Origin: Raillietiella orientalis
Taxonomy: Eukaryota
Direction of reading: 5' to 3'
Assembly: GCA_036172245.1 (NCBI GenBank)
Contig: JAYWIR010000002.1
Span: 3,348,001 to 3,412,000, forward strand
DNA length: 64,000 bases
The translations under genes were made by a program, and so were the position numbers. Of the stretch, positions 39,140-52,820 are shown one piece after another. Numbering within the stretch: the stretch's first letter is position 1; each line of letters begins with the position of its first letter. The notes under the pieces are model-generated. The model was not told where the DNA came from. It made no database searches and saw only the letters and a program-made list of their open reading frames with translations.

Positions 39140-39420
39140 ACTACTCAGAGTTGAAGAACTGATCCAGAGCTATGTAGATAACGGAACGAGAATGGAATAG
39201 CAAGAAAACGGATTATAGAAGTTCGAGAAGGGTCGTCGTTTTCCTTTCTTCCAACATTCAGTGATTCCTCTACGGTTCGGCCTTCGTTGGAGAAAGCATC
39301 CTCGAACCTCAACACGGAATGACAGTTGCCATAAAGTAGGGAGATGCCCACGACGCTTCTGTTTCGATACGAAACCGGCGTTTCGGTGCGAGATGCTGCT
39401 CAGTGGAGTCGCTGAATCTT
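39140..39420 (-). mobile_element. RT fragment
   Basis: ISLLYGNCHSVLR...EESLNVGRK resembles the RT segment preceding GV.QG. Confidence 0.35.
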
Positions 39421-39520
39421 TCAAGCCTCAGAGAATTCGGGCTGAAATTGAAATCTGTGTGCTTCTGATGCAAAACGAGATTGCAACTGGTGGCAGGCGT
39501 GTGACCCTACTACGCGGCGT

Positions 39521-39585
39521 CGTTCCGGATTTTTCTCCGTCGTTCCCGATTTTTCTCCGTTTCCGGATTTTTCTCCGGATTTTTT
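39521..39585. repeat. short ~20 bp tandem repeat (cgttccggatttttctccgt)
   Basis: About 3.5 units visible directly. Confidence 0.8.
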
Positions 39586-40039
39586 AGCTGCAATCACGTG
39601 TTCATCCGCACTGTTCTAAATGTCCATTCGTGAGACGGCATTTTTCTTTTCTTTTTTCCTTCCTGATATTCAGGCTGTGGAGGGGCCTTAAAATCTTGGT
39701 TCAGCACCCATCTCTTTGCCGTACTTAATTTTCCGTATTACGATGCTCATTTTGTCTCTTCCCCGTGGTACCTGAAACTGGAAGTCGCGTTCCGTTCCAG
39801 ATATCTCCATAGCAGGACCAAACGGATGCAGCTTACACACGAGACTGTATTATATCCTGAGCCTCAGATGAAATTATAGTTTATGGCTAGTAAAGAAGAA
39901 AGTGCCAAAACGTGATGCCACCGCATTCCATAGCGTTTCCTTGGCAACTTTCTATTCGTTCAAATGATTGCTGAGCAGTCCCCGTCTTTCATAGTTCTTT
40001 TGGATTACATGCAACATTCAGAAAGCCAACTGATTTAGC

Positions 40040-40560
40040 TTTTTTTTTTTTTTATTGTTTTTGAACATATCCCATATTTTCCAGAGACTCTTCGATAACA
40101 AAAGCAGAGTTCGATTTTTGCGATGTAATGCGTGCGTTATTTTCACCGGAACAGATATGATGCATCGCATCTTCCTCTGTCTTGAAGCAGATGAGAACTT
40201 TTTCGATTGTCGCGGCTTGCACTTCTTTAACAGCTACTTTTATGATCTGTTTGGGATTTGATCCAAGTCGAAAACACTCGATTTGAATCTTTGCGATGTT
40301 TTGTTTCTGCTAAGGCTCTATTGGACAGATTACTGATTTCTGAGCGCGGTGTTGTGCAATATCCTATGTCTGCCAACAACTTTCCAACGAGTCCCAAATC
40401 GCAGAACGTCTGTAAATTTCCCGCCAGTAATCAGATTCTCAGCATCAGTGAATGGGAAAATTCGGGAAACTTTGTTCCTTATTGAGGTTTGTCACCCGGA
40501 TATGCCAAGGCATTTATTATTAAAATTTTTAGACAGAATTCCATAATGAAGTCTATAGAC
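40040..40560 (-). mobile_element. old LINE 3' end with poly(A)
   Basis: ICFKTEEDAMHHICS and LLLLSKSLWKIW, followed by aataaa merging into an A run (T run at 40040-40053). Confidence 0.35.
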
Positions 40561-43500
40561 CGTCTGTGTGGTGGTAGAACACTTGGTTCCACCACGCTTG
40601 AAGACTTGTCGTTACCCGGTGCTAAGACCGGCGAGGTCCTCCCCTGAGGCGCAGGGGAAGGGGAAAGGCAAACAAAAAGAAGGATAACGGGGAGGGGAAT
40701 GGTTATTTACCTGTTATTTCATTTCATTGCCATCTCTGGAAAGGACTCCGAAGTACTAGAAACTTTTCAAAGTTTGGTTTGAGCTCTCTGTGCTGTTCAT
40801 CAAAATGAAATGCGCTAGATAGCAAAACACGAGCATCAATGATAAAAGAACTCCAATAAGAGAGAATAGAATGACAGTGTTTTAATCAATGATCTAAATG
40901 CATTTGAGTATAATGATTCGCCCTTACTCCCGAGACTCCAACAAATCGTTTCGGTACCATTAGATAGTGAAGTTTGGAGTTTTGCGTGTGTATTTAAGAA
41001 GGATCTCATCAATGCATTTTTTTTTTCTTTATGCTGTCATTAATGCATTTTTCGTGCAATAATAGACAATTACACAATGTAGGGATCATCAGTGGCAATG
41101 CTTTTGCTCCTCACAGGAAAAACTTTTCAGTTGTTTACATATAGGCTTTCTCGACAGTGAAGTATCAAATTTGGAAAATACGTAAAGAGAAATTTACGCT
41201 TCTCTTATTGGAAGCTGTTTAGATTTTCAAGTTTCTTCTTCGCAAACAATGAATGACAACGATGATTAGAAAAGTTAGAAGTTTTTGCTTTTAATTTCAA
41301 CCATGAGCAGTAGGAAACGGGCGAATTTCACAAATAGCCAACTTAGCTCCTCAATAATTCCAAAAGGGTGGAAAAGCTTATCAAAAAGGCTAACGCCTAA
41401 AATAAGGCTAACCGTCTTGGAAACTATCCTACCATGAGTGAGATCTTAATTTCCAGAAGATTTCGAGGTGCAGAACCTAGGTTTGAGGGACTGTTGGACG
41501 CACTCTAAAGTCTTTACTTCTAAGCATACACAGCATTTGCATCCCACAAGCCAAGAACGATGATTTCAGATGCTACACTATGCAACGGTCATGTGAAATA
41601 TCTCTTGAATTCTTGACAGAAAATTGAAAGAATTAGCCGGTCCCATTGAGTCATATACTGACAGCAGCAAGATTACGTGATATGCAATTGCCAACCAAAT
41701 TAGTAATTTTCAAAATATTGAAATCTCAAATGTATTGAGGAATCAACGGTGAAATGAAAGCTCTGAGCACATTCAAACTAAAAACCTAAGTGAGCTCCAA
41801 CTGAATCCCTTCCTTGCTTTCGTGCTCTTACCTTTAACATATTCGATATTCCTAGTAATTTTTGATTAACTTTCATTTAGCATTTAGGATCCACAGCTAC
41901 CTGTAAGTCCAAGTTTCACCTAGTATTGCATGCATCGTTTAAAAAACACAAGCTCATCCTTATCTTTTACTTGTTTTCTACTTACTAGAAGTATTATTAA
42001 CTAGGCAACGTATCGTCCTACAGAAAACTACGACCATAATACGTTTTGTGCAATTTTCGTGTTCTAGTTCTATAGCAGCTCGTTACCATTCGAACCCTAA
42101 AATGTTCGTTTTCGTTTCGTTTCATTTTTTTTTTTCTTTTCCCTTTTTTTTGGGTGTTTCCTTAGTGGGAACACTAAGCACTCACTTATCGGATGCTGCT
42201 TATCCACAGATTACCAAGGTTTGTTTGCTTCTTTTATCTCCTCTGCCCTAATCACAGAATCAACAGGAAAGCATCGTAGATAACCGTAGATTATTTTATT
42301 TCAAACATGAGGTTGAAGTTCCTTGTTTTTCCGAATGCAAGGCCATTCATTATTCCCACTGTTTGCTTGCAAGCCGCAGAATGGTGGCGATGATGACGAT
42401 GATTTCGATTCCGAGTTTCGAGACCGAAAGGTTTCTGTGGTTCTCTCGGGGTCCCTCGCCTGCTTTCCAGCCAAGAAACTCTTATGGTTGGATAAATGCA
42501 TTTGCCACAAACATCTTTAGGAGTAAGATGTGAGCACATGTGAATTTGTTCGCAAAAAATACGTTTCGCGTTGCTAAAACAGGAATTTTTTGTTTAAAGT
42601 GGGGGGACGGGGAGAGAGGGGCAAACGAGCAAATGGTTCCGCGCTCCATACTTTGTGAAGAAAATGAGAAGAGGGTTGTATATCCGACCCCTTGAATTTG
42701 AAGAGTAAATGAGCATGTCAGAGTCATGTATTAGTAATATGATTATGATTTCTGTACTCCCGCGAGGTCTGGTTGGTCCATCCGTATTTACACTCATCAT
42801 CCCAAGGAACTTTCCAAACGAACTTGAAGTACACTATAAGTATATCCATTTCCCATCGTTTCTTCTCTGTATTGGTGGAATGGATAACCACATGGTTTTC
42901 ACTAATTTTAGGAAAAATTGCATTTTAACACTGATGACGTTTAATTGTACTAATGGCAACCCAGTTGTACAAGCAGCGTTTGCCTTGATGATCCTCCAGT
43001 TGCTTTCAACATGAAATTCATCCAGGGATTTAGTGTGATCATGAACACTTGTACAGAGCAAAACTAAAAGCCTAATTTTAATATTTAATTCAAGTATCGT
43101 GATAAAAAGTCTTATGTGCTGTACATGTGGGTATGTTCTTGTAATGGAAATAAAGCTGCATCTTATTTGGATATGTGATTTTGCACGTTTGCTTTATCCA
43201 TGGCCCCAAAAAATGTGCGTTAGTAAGTAGTCTTAAAATTTACAAGCTTATTCCGATGCAAAATCTGTTTTACCTTCACAATTCAGGATTTAAATATTCA
43301 AACCTGTTTAATAGAGTTATAACCATCCTTTAAAAGTCTGATGTGCATTGGTATTTGTTAAGTTTCTTTGGAGAACCATTGTATGCTCTTTTTAATTGGC
43401 TGTCCCAACCAGATTAATTTTTATATTCTGTGAGAACAACATGCACTACAGAAACTTTGGATTCTGCAGTGTATGTTGTCTGTTCTATGAAAATAATGTC

Positions 43501-44408
43501 AGTAATCCAAGAGACTCATCAAAACTTTGCATAAGATTTCAGAAACTCAACCGTAAGTTTCCTGCTAATGAGAAATTTTTTCTTACTGAAAATTGTGTTT
43601 TTGTTTTTTTTAATCAAAATCAAGTCTGTGGCAGAATTTGCCTAGCTAGAGTATTTTTTGCTCGCATAGATTATGCACTGCTTATTTGAAAAGCCCAAAG
43701 AATAAAGTATTGCAAATGATCCCAGTAGATTCAAAATCAGAAAAAAAAAGTTCTTTATCTGGAAGCATGTAAACTTGGAATTAAAAATGAGTTGGAGTAA
43801 GAAGAAAAAAAAACATACAGCCTCACACTGCTTCTCAGGCTACCCAGTTAGAACGAAGATTTTGACAATTTAACATTTAATGACAACAACGCTCATTATC
43901 TAGGGTGCCCTTGACATATGATTAGCAGTTTACAAAAATTTAATGAGTTTCAGGAGATTTTGTGTATACCTTGGAGCTTTGGTTCCTTATGTACTTATTA
44001 TACAGTGAAGCAAAAAACCCTAAATTTCCCTGTTGTAAGAATTTTATCCAGATGGGTTATTTAAGTTCTAGAAGATCCATGATGTTAAGCATGCTATGAC
44101 AAATCAGATTGAAGCACCCTTTTTTTTTTCCTTTCCTTTTTAATCAAGCACTCATTTTTGCAGCCCTTATGTAAATGATCTGCAAGAATGTCAGTTAATG
44201 TTAGTTAGTCTGTTAAGAATGTTAGTTAGAAATGTTAGTTAATCCTTGATGTGAAAGTTTTCGTGTTTGTGTATTTTGTTTAGTTATGTGTAGTTGCTAT
44301 TGATGTACAATACGTGTAAGATTGTATTTAGGTTTCTTGTAAACAAAACCGTACTTTGCAGATGAAGAGGAATTTGGCTTATGACCAAAAGTTCGGTGAA
44401 AGAAGTTC

Positions 44409-44602
44409 ATGGCTACAAAAGACGTTTATGAATACTCTCTTCGCGAAATTGGACGGATCAGCTCTTGTTTTCCAACCAAAAATGCAACTCCACGCCAAGG
44501 ATGTGTGTGCAACGACACAAAGGCCGTAATTACGATAAATAAGTCCATCTTCAACAACCCCGAGCATTCACTTCAAGGGCTCGAAGGTTTCAGCCACGTT
44601 TG
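44409..44602 (+). CDS. TRMO: TRMO coding exon 1
   Basis: MATKDVYEYSLREIGRISSCFPTKNATPRQG...IFNNPEHSLQGLEGFSHV(W). Donor TG|GTAAGT at 44603. An in-frame TGA at 44382 supports ATG 44409 as the start. Confidence 0.9.
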
Positions 44603-47600
44603 GTAAGTCTTCAGGAAACAAAAGGCGGATCAAACACGAGCGTGACCCCATGAAAGGATTTCCCCGACGGATCCTCGCCTCCCTTTCCTTCCTTCACCAA
44701 CTTGCTGCTGAGGCTGGCGGGTCCATTGCCAGAGGACTGGCGTCCACGCGAGGGAGGGGAACCCTGTCGGATGACCCTTCCGGAACATCCGAGCAAGAGA
44801 ACCGCCGGCTTCCAGGGCATTCGTTTTCGGATGCACTCCCTCCGCCGTCTTCCCACGCGTGCTGCTGCTGAACGGACGCTCGGTTTAAATGAAATTCGGG
44901 AGGAAGGACCGGGGCATCCGGCAGGAGAGCCGGACGGTCGGTGTAAAGTTCGATTTGGATTCCCTGCCCGTGCGAAACGCCGCATAATCCGTGCATCTTC
45001 CCGCGTGCCCCACCCCGAATCCCAGGGGAGAGCAGGTGCTTCTCGCTTGGTGCAGAATGGGATGAAACCGATACGGATATTTTGGGGATGCGAATTCGAT
45101 CGGTTTCACAAGGCGAACACTCTCCTTGTTTTCGCTGCGTGGTTCTATTTACCGGAGTTTCCAGGTCACTGCAATTACAGGGAGAAGAGGTGAAAGAAGC
45201 CCTCTTTGAATAAAGTAGATTTCTGCATCAGATGCCTCTTTTGTCGTTGGCTTGTCTGATCGTTGATTCCAACGTTGAGACGACATCCGATCGGTGCAAT
45301 CACGGAAGGGGGGGGGGGGGGAACAAGAAAGTAAGCGTCCATTAATTTCGAGAAATAACTTCGAGCGTGGATTGGGATTAGTTGCAGACTTCATACACTT
45401 CCCTGCGTGCTGTGATTGGGCCGGGGGCACAAGAACTTTGTCACAGAGCAGTTCTGACGTCTCCAGAAATTACATCAGGTTATTTTTAGTGAATCGTAGC
45501 ATCATGAGTAATGAACCCGTATTCACGATCATCGATGATTGCAAGGATGCATGTAATACTTCATGGAAAAGCTATCGTTCGTGTATGCATGTATGCTTCC
45601 GAACGTATGTGGATGGACAGATGGGCAGACCTCTCCTGATGGGTAGAACTGTTTCTCTGTTTGTAAGCATGTGTACAGATATGCACGTGTCTTCGTGCTT
45701 ATAGGCATGCATATGATAGACGTATGATTTATATCTCATCCATGCGTAAAATAGGTATGATAGGTAGTGGTATGATATACACGAGTGGCAGATTTTTGCT
45801 ATTTTCTTCCGCAGGCTGTCGTTGAAGGAATTGATCGGTTGGGTCTCATAAGTTATGCCGGAAGGAGCGCACAAACGCTTATGGTGACGTGTGTAGGTTC
45901 CTCAGACTTCCCAAAGTCTAGATGGGAAGATATCCTAGATTTTTCATAGATGGGAAAATCCCCATATGCAATGGTAATATCTTTGCATATGAGAATCCCC
46001 TTACCTGGAAAGCATATCTTTGCATACGCAAACCGTGGTTAAGCATGATGAAAACATGTTTTCAGCAATAACCTCTAGTTGTCCTCTAGAAGGTAATTTT
46101 ATGTAAATTGATATCTCAAATTCACAAATTGATCAGAATCTTTGTCAGCATTTGTGTATTACGATTATTACAATTCCAATATTTTGGCTGAATTCGAAAA
46201 AGTGCATCGCAGGGGTACAAAAAAGGTGAACTGTAAATAGAAGTAGAATTAAGACTGCGTAGTCTCTGCGGTAGAGAAGTTCATTAAACGAAGTGGAATA
46301 ATAAGCGATGTAATAGTAGATGCAGTATTTTTCTACTGATATCCCTGCGTGTTATCATTCGAAGAACGAATGGTCCACGTGAGCTGTTTGGTCAAAATGG
46401 GTCAAAATTTTCCTCATTAGAATCGGCACCCTCCGGCATCGTTCCGCCCCAGAATCGATGGCGTATTCTCTCAGATTACCCATATTTTTCCAGTAATCAG
46501 ATTTCGCAAATCAAGAAAAGAACTTCTCATTGGCGTGGCACGATCTTTTCGAACTTTGGCTGCGCTCCCCCATTTCATAGCTCGTGTCTTCCTCAGTTTT
46601 TTTTTTTTTTTTTCCTTTCCTGTTAATTCCTGAATGGTAAGCCTTCCGGCAAGCCAGAAGCACGTTCCCATCCATGCACCAGATGGCAAAATGGCTTCGC
46701 GCGCATGCGGCCTGTCGACTGTCCGCAGTATCTTGAGGTACTCTGAAGCACTTCAAAGAAGAACTTTTCTATACTGCGTTTGTTCTTGCGGTCATGGTGT
46801 ATGTCACCAGAGTGCCAGGTCCACTCACTACACACTAAGACGCTTAAGAAACAGGAAGATCAATCTTCGAATCAAAAGAACCGAACCCTTAGTAGTCCGC
46901 CGCACGGTGAGACCACTCGGAAACACCCTGAAAATCCTTCCTGAGGCCCACCTGATAAACGGACGCAGGGACGTGTCAAGAGAAGAGAGTCCTCGCTGCA
47001 GAAAATTCAAAATTGAAATTGCTGAGCAACGGTGTTGAAAAACGTAGAATTTTTGTGTATACCTGATGGTTGCCGTTCTTGGAACAATACAGACCTCATC
47101 CTTCTTAGCATCTCGTACAGCATTGCTACTGTTTCACAGAAAGGAGTATCAATAAAATGCACCGCTGATTTGTGGTGCGTGAAGGAGATCGAGGGATGAG
47201 ATTACGTTTCTGATGCTCCTGCGTTCCATCTGATGCTTTTGACGGGATGTTTGCTTGGCGCATGAAGCAGGTGGCCGATGCTTCTGATCTAGAAGATCTG
47301 ATTTAGAAGGCAGGTAGGGGCGTTTTCCGTAGTTTTGCGTAAAGCACGGAATGAAACGCTCTTTCGTGTTTTTGAAGTGGATCCTGAGTGGGACTTCAAC
47401 GTTGGAAAAGCCGGCTCAGCAGGTGCATTGGATGAAATAAATTCCTCTTATTTATATCGATTTCAAAAAAAGCAAAAACAAAATAAGCGGAAAATCTATC
47501 TATTCAGAACTGATTCGTTCAAGTCGAGCTAGATGACTTCCACGTGAAATTGAATCTGCGGATCATTTTCAAATTTTACTGCTCCTATCTTTTTGTCCTC

Positions 47601-50600
47601 ACGAGGAGCTGCTTTATCAGTAGACAGCTTCAGCAGGAATATCTGAGATTTGGATTATTGGATTGGGCAGATTCCTTGGAGTTGGCGAGGGCATCTGCTA
47701 CGCGAAACTTGATTCTTTTGTGCGTTGAGGAAGTACGATCAGGGAGCACCATGATGGAACTGTTTCACTTCTTGGGATGATGTCGATGGCCTTCGGTGGC
47801 GGCGGGACGGTGGAATGCTAATTTTCGGACTTTTTATTTCATAAATGCAATTTTGTTTGAAGTAGAGCGTGAAAAGCGGTGCGCGTTTTGCCCATTATGT
47901 GCATGGAGAAAGATTATAAATCTCGGGAATTTGGGATGCGAAGTCATTTATGTGGCAGCGTTTCGATGGATTGTGTTGACATGTCAGATAACGAAATGAA
48001 AATCTGAAAGCGGGAGTTGTTGCGCACGAATCCCGAACTCTCGCTTTACGGAGCGCGGGAATCATTTCCTGCCTCGAGGAAATCAGGTCAGGTGGGAACT
48101 TTGTGGCACGCGCGAAAAAACTCTTCCTGCATGGACCGTTACTTCGACATTATTAAGTACGTGTCCCAACACACACCCTCTCGCATTTGCTGGTTCGCCA
48201 TTTTGCCATCCAGGGCAGAGTTGCTGTTGTGGCTTTTTGAGAATCGATTTCTGCAAGCCCGATGACAGATTTTGCGTGCTCTCCGAAAATTTACCCGTTT
48301 GAAGCAGGGCGTGGTCGTTTTTGGAGCTTCTCGTTTTGTAACTTTGAGGCTGGGGGCCTCAGTGGGGAACGTGGGCTCTTCTGGAAGGAACAGGAAACAG
48401 CACCGTTCCGACGAAAAGTGGACTCGATTCAAACCGATCTCTTCGTGGGGTCGCTGCTGGCCTTAGGATGATGGAAATCCTTGGGTTCTTCTTTTTCTTC
48501 TGTCTTAGCTGTTTTTTCCTTCCAGCTTTTTTTTTCCCTCTTAAATTGAAGAAAAAAGTTAAGGAAATGGAAGATGAGAACGGACAGGGAACGCCATCGG
48601 TCTGGGTTCAGCGGTCCGATCCAGGACGAGTACGACTAACAGTGCTTGGCGACAAAAAAGTTGTGTCGTCGACAACGTCGCCAGAGACTTCGGACAGATT
48701 TCATTTCTTAACAGTCAGTGGATTGACGGACTCGAGATGAAGTTTCTCGACAGGGGAATGGGTAGAGAGTTGCCAGCAGCGAAAGTTGAGTCACTGAAGG
48801 CAGCGCCTTGTTGGATTATTTAAATGGCATTAGACTGTGTGACGCTCGGGTCCAGTGCAGTGCGCTGTTCGGTGACTTCCTCTCGGATAAGATGCGTGTG
48901 TTCAGAGAGGCACCTTCTTCACGGAGAGCAAACGAGCAAAGAGAGAATGTCGGCCAGTTACGGGATGCTGCCAGCCGACGGTAATCGAACAAACGGGATG
49001 CACGCCACCTTATTTCATGCAGCGTTCCTTCTTACAACACAGCTGGATCACTGGATGGCCTTTAGCTTTTCGATGAATTCAAACATACAGACCGGAATCA
49101 AGTGCAAGAGCTCCCGTGTCTGTAAACTGCCAACCCAGCTGAAGCACGTTTTCCACATTGTGGCATGCGCACGTCCTCTTGCCCGCACCAACTCAGAATC
49201 AGTTCGAAGCAAGAGGCAACCACCCTCGGAAAGCTTTCACTTCCGGAAGCGGCCGCCCGCAGGCTGTTCCAGAGCCGCAGCACAGCCAGACCGAACTTTA
49301 TCCGGTGCACTAATTGAACTCCGTCCTGTTAGCGAGTCTGCATCTCGCTCATAATTTGTCTCTTTGGACCCTTTTTTTTTTTTTGTTGTGCCTCTCAAAG
49401 TCGTTTCTCTTCACAGGAAGGAAGGACCAAGAACACTTTATTTATAAGAGTGTTTTGTAAATCCTCCTTTGAATTTCTGGACGTGCTTTCGGGAAGCGGA
49501 TCGGCTGGCTCGCGATCTTCCTATTTTCCTTAACACGTCCGGCGTAGCCGACACGAATCTCTCAGTGGTGGGTGTCACTTTGAGGCGATCCCTCCCCCCG
49601 TAGAACTAGGATGGAAGCTGATGGATGCAGGAGGACTCTAAAGATACATAAGCGAATCGATCGAAGCTTTGGATTGCTGGCTAGGAATGGAGCATTGCAT
49701 TTCGTCCGCCTCCGCCGTTGCCGTCCATTTCGCTCATTCCGACTTTGGGTCTATGCATCGAGGAGAGCTCCGGTTTCAAGTTCAGGAGGAATTCGGCATC
49801 CTCGGCGGTTGGAAGATCTGAAAAAAAATCGTCAGCTCCAACAAGAGTGGGAGAGCCAAACCTCTCCCTCCTGTTTCCCCGGAAGGGGTTTTCCCGTGTC
49901 GGAGAATATGCGCGTTTACTTGACAGAGAGGAGGGAAAGCACCCGAAAGAGGCGCGATCCGTGTTCCCTGCCTAAGTGGTTTACTTGCTCTGTGCTGCAG
50001 TCTTTTCACCACATTAGAATTGGTCCCGGTTAAATGCTTACTGTTCTTCGTGGGAATCTTAATGGACGTCCCTTGAAAAGATCTGTTTCTGCAAAGCAAT
50101 GAAGAATCAGATTTTTCCAAGATTGCTGGCGAAAAACGTCGTTTCGTTTCCACTGCCTCCAGGACTCCCTTTGTCGCGATAGCGCAAAAATTCAACCATT
50201 TCTTTCATTTTGCCAAAACTGGGAAGCGTTCTTTACGTCATCTTTATCAGAAGTTCCAGGAAGCACGTCGAGATGATTTATTCCATGAAAAATGGAGGAA
50301 ACTTACTTCCTCGTCTTCTGGTACTTCAAATCCTCATGCTGTTAAGAACTGAGATGATCAGTAGCATCAGAAAATGGTGCATAATTCTCTTTTATTTCCT
50401 GGTCCGGAATCGAAGCCCTCTTAGGTGTTCATGAAACAAAAAAGATTCCCCCAAGCGTGTGGATAATTTGTACACAGGTGCGTATTGGGTGTTTCCCATG
50501 AGGTTGCCGGTTATCTCTTTCTGTAAGGGAATAATGACCTGTTCTGCTGCATGGACCACAGAAAGAAACTTCTTCCCCTACCGGTCTCCCGTGTCAGGTC

Positions 50601-50755
50601 CTAGTTGGCTAGCTTTTCAGCATTTGCCTTATTCTATAGGGCCACTTCCGTGCTTCTGCCGAACATGTCCGCGGCTGTTCCACATTCATAGCGCCGCGTA
50701 TTGCCTTCGGCACTGCTTGACACACACATCTCAAATGGATTTTCTCTTCCCCCAG

Positions 50756-50916
50756 GGTTCTGTTCGTATTCCATAAAAACAGGAACATTGGATTCTTGAA
50801 GCCCAAAGTGGCTCCTCCCCGACTGCGTGGCGCTAGAATAGGGTTGTTCTCAACAAGAGCTCCCTACAGGCCCAATCCGATCGGCTTGTCCTTGGTCACA
50901 CTGGAAAAAGTTGTAG
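50756..50916 (+). CDS. TRMO: TRMO coding exon 2
   Basis: Acceptor tttctcttcccccag|G. (W)VLFVFHKNRNIGFLKPKVAPPRLRGARIGLFSTRAPYRPNPIGLSLVTLEKVV(G). Donor G|GTGAGG. Confidence 0.95.
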
Positions 50917-52752
50917 GTGAGGATGACGGTGCACCACAGTTGCGCAACGCGGTGTCTGTGTCGTTGGTTGGATCGCCTACCGGTTTGCATAGGAAAGTCA
51001 TTAGCGAAAGTCCGCGCCGTGCTTTACCTCTGCTCCGCAGCCGTCGCTCAAGGATGACGGATGGCGCTTTACTTTGATGGGACTCTCATTCTGCCGACGG
51101 TTTCCCCAAGGTCTTCGCTGCTCCTGCAGCTAACATCCGGGTTCTGCTTCTTAGTTTTGCAATTCGTTTTGGATTCTTTGCCCTCCACCTCTTTTTCCGT
51201 TTTTTTTTTTTTTTTTTTTTCCGTTTTTTTATCCTCCTCTCTCGTGTTGGTTTTGCTCTCTCCGTGTTTCTGTAACGGCAGACCGTCCGGCGCCTTTCTG
51301 TTTTCCACAGTCCGTCCTGCCCGCCTGCCTGTCGCTCTCACTCTCTGCGCCTGCATCCCTTGTTTTAACTCAAGCGGGCGGATTCTTTTGTGACAGCGCA
51401 CCAAATAGAGCGCACTGAGGGGGAGAGGATAAAAGTGTACTCTCCGAAGGAAAGCTGTCCCGATCCCTTCGCGTAGCGAGCTGCTTGCACTGCACTTCCA
51501 AGGTGAAGCCGTGACCACGCTGATTCGTGTCCAGTTAAATGCACTCCCGTCCACCTGGCCGAACTGCGATCCTTCGAAACGCACGCTGAAGCTGCGGATG
51601 GTGACTCCGTACGGCGGCGACGCCGTGTTGCAGTCGATGATGAACTAAAATCTACGGAACACTCCTGGGAAAAAAGGACGAGGGGGGGGGGGGAAACGAA
51701 GGGAAAGAATTGAATCCGGAGTGGGTGAGTGGGCCGAAATAGCCCAGCGTTTTCAGCTCCTATGCGTTTGTTCCCAAGATGCGTTTTTGAAGTGTCCTGT
51801 GAAGTGTTTGGTGTGTGCGTCAATAATGACGCGAACGGAACGGAGGGGCTTAGCCAGGAAATTCGGATGTTGCCACAAGACGCACTCAGGACCGACGGAG
51901 GGCTGGTCATTTCCGACGAAAAGAGATCGTCTCCTCACCCCGGAGAACTCTCTCCTCCCGGTGTAGTTAGCGCGCCGCGTCGGCCTTGTGGCTAAGATCA
52001 AAGTGTCGTCTCGTCTCTCGGTTGTCCGCAGCCCCCCGTGTGGGCCCTGGGGCTCTTCCGTTGCCGTGCTCGCTGTTCAGCTTGCTAAAGGAAGAAAGAC
52101 TGAGAGAAGGTCTCCCCGGATGAGACGACGGTTCCAGATTGCGATGCTCGGAGTCGTTCCTCTGGGGTCCCGAAAGTTCCAAGCAGCGGGGATTTTCTCT
52201 CCCTTCAGCCTGGCGGGATCAGTCAAAACAGATATCTTGCTGCTGCACATGTTCATCCATCTTGGTACAGCTCGATCCTGATGCGCACTAGTGTGCTCGT
52301 CGACGTCTCCCTTAATTTGCATCCCTCCCCTCTCCCCCCTGCTTGGTAGATCGGCATCCAGATGCTGATCAGTAGAAGCAGGGTTCCCATTATATGGTAA
52401 TCGGGGATGACGCAACTCGCTGGGAAAGTGAGATGAGAAGACTGAAAAGCTGCTTCCTTCCTCCTGAACGGGATTCCGGAAGCGCCTCTTTTGGGGGCCT
52501 TGCCGTGAGTTGTTTTACGGGGACGAATAATTTCAAACGACTCCCGCTGCTTACCGGGATCATTTGGACTAATGGACGCTCACTCATCTCTGCGAGTCGG
52601 CGGTACCATGGGAAGCCAGGAGACTCCAGCGGGCTGGAAGTTTTTCCCGCGTTTTCTGCATGCAGAAATCGACGGCAGGGGTCCGTTGCGAGGGCGGGAA
52701 TTCGAGATGGGCTCCAGAGCGGTGCGGATCGAATTCCCGAACGATTCTAAGT

Positions 52753-52820
52753 GATATATATATATATGTATATATAATGTGTGTGTGTGTGTACATGCAT
52801 TCATATATATACATATGTAT
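52753..52820. repeat. (TA)n/(TG)n microsatellite
   Basis: Visible directly. Confidence 0.85.
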
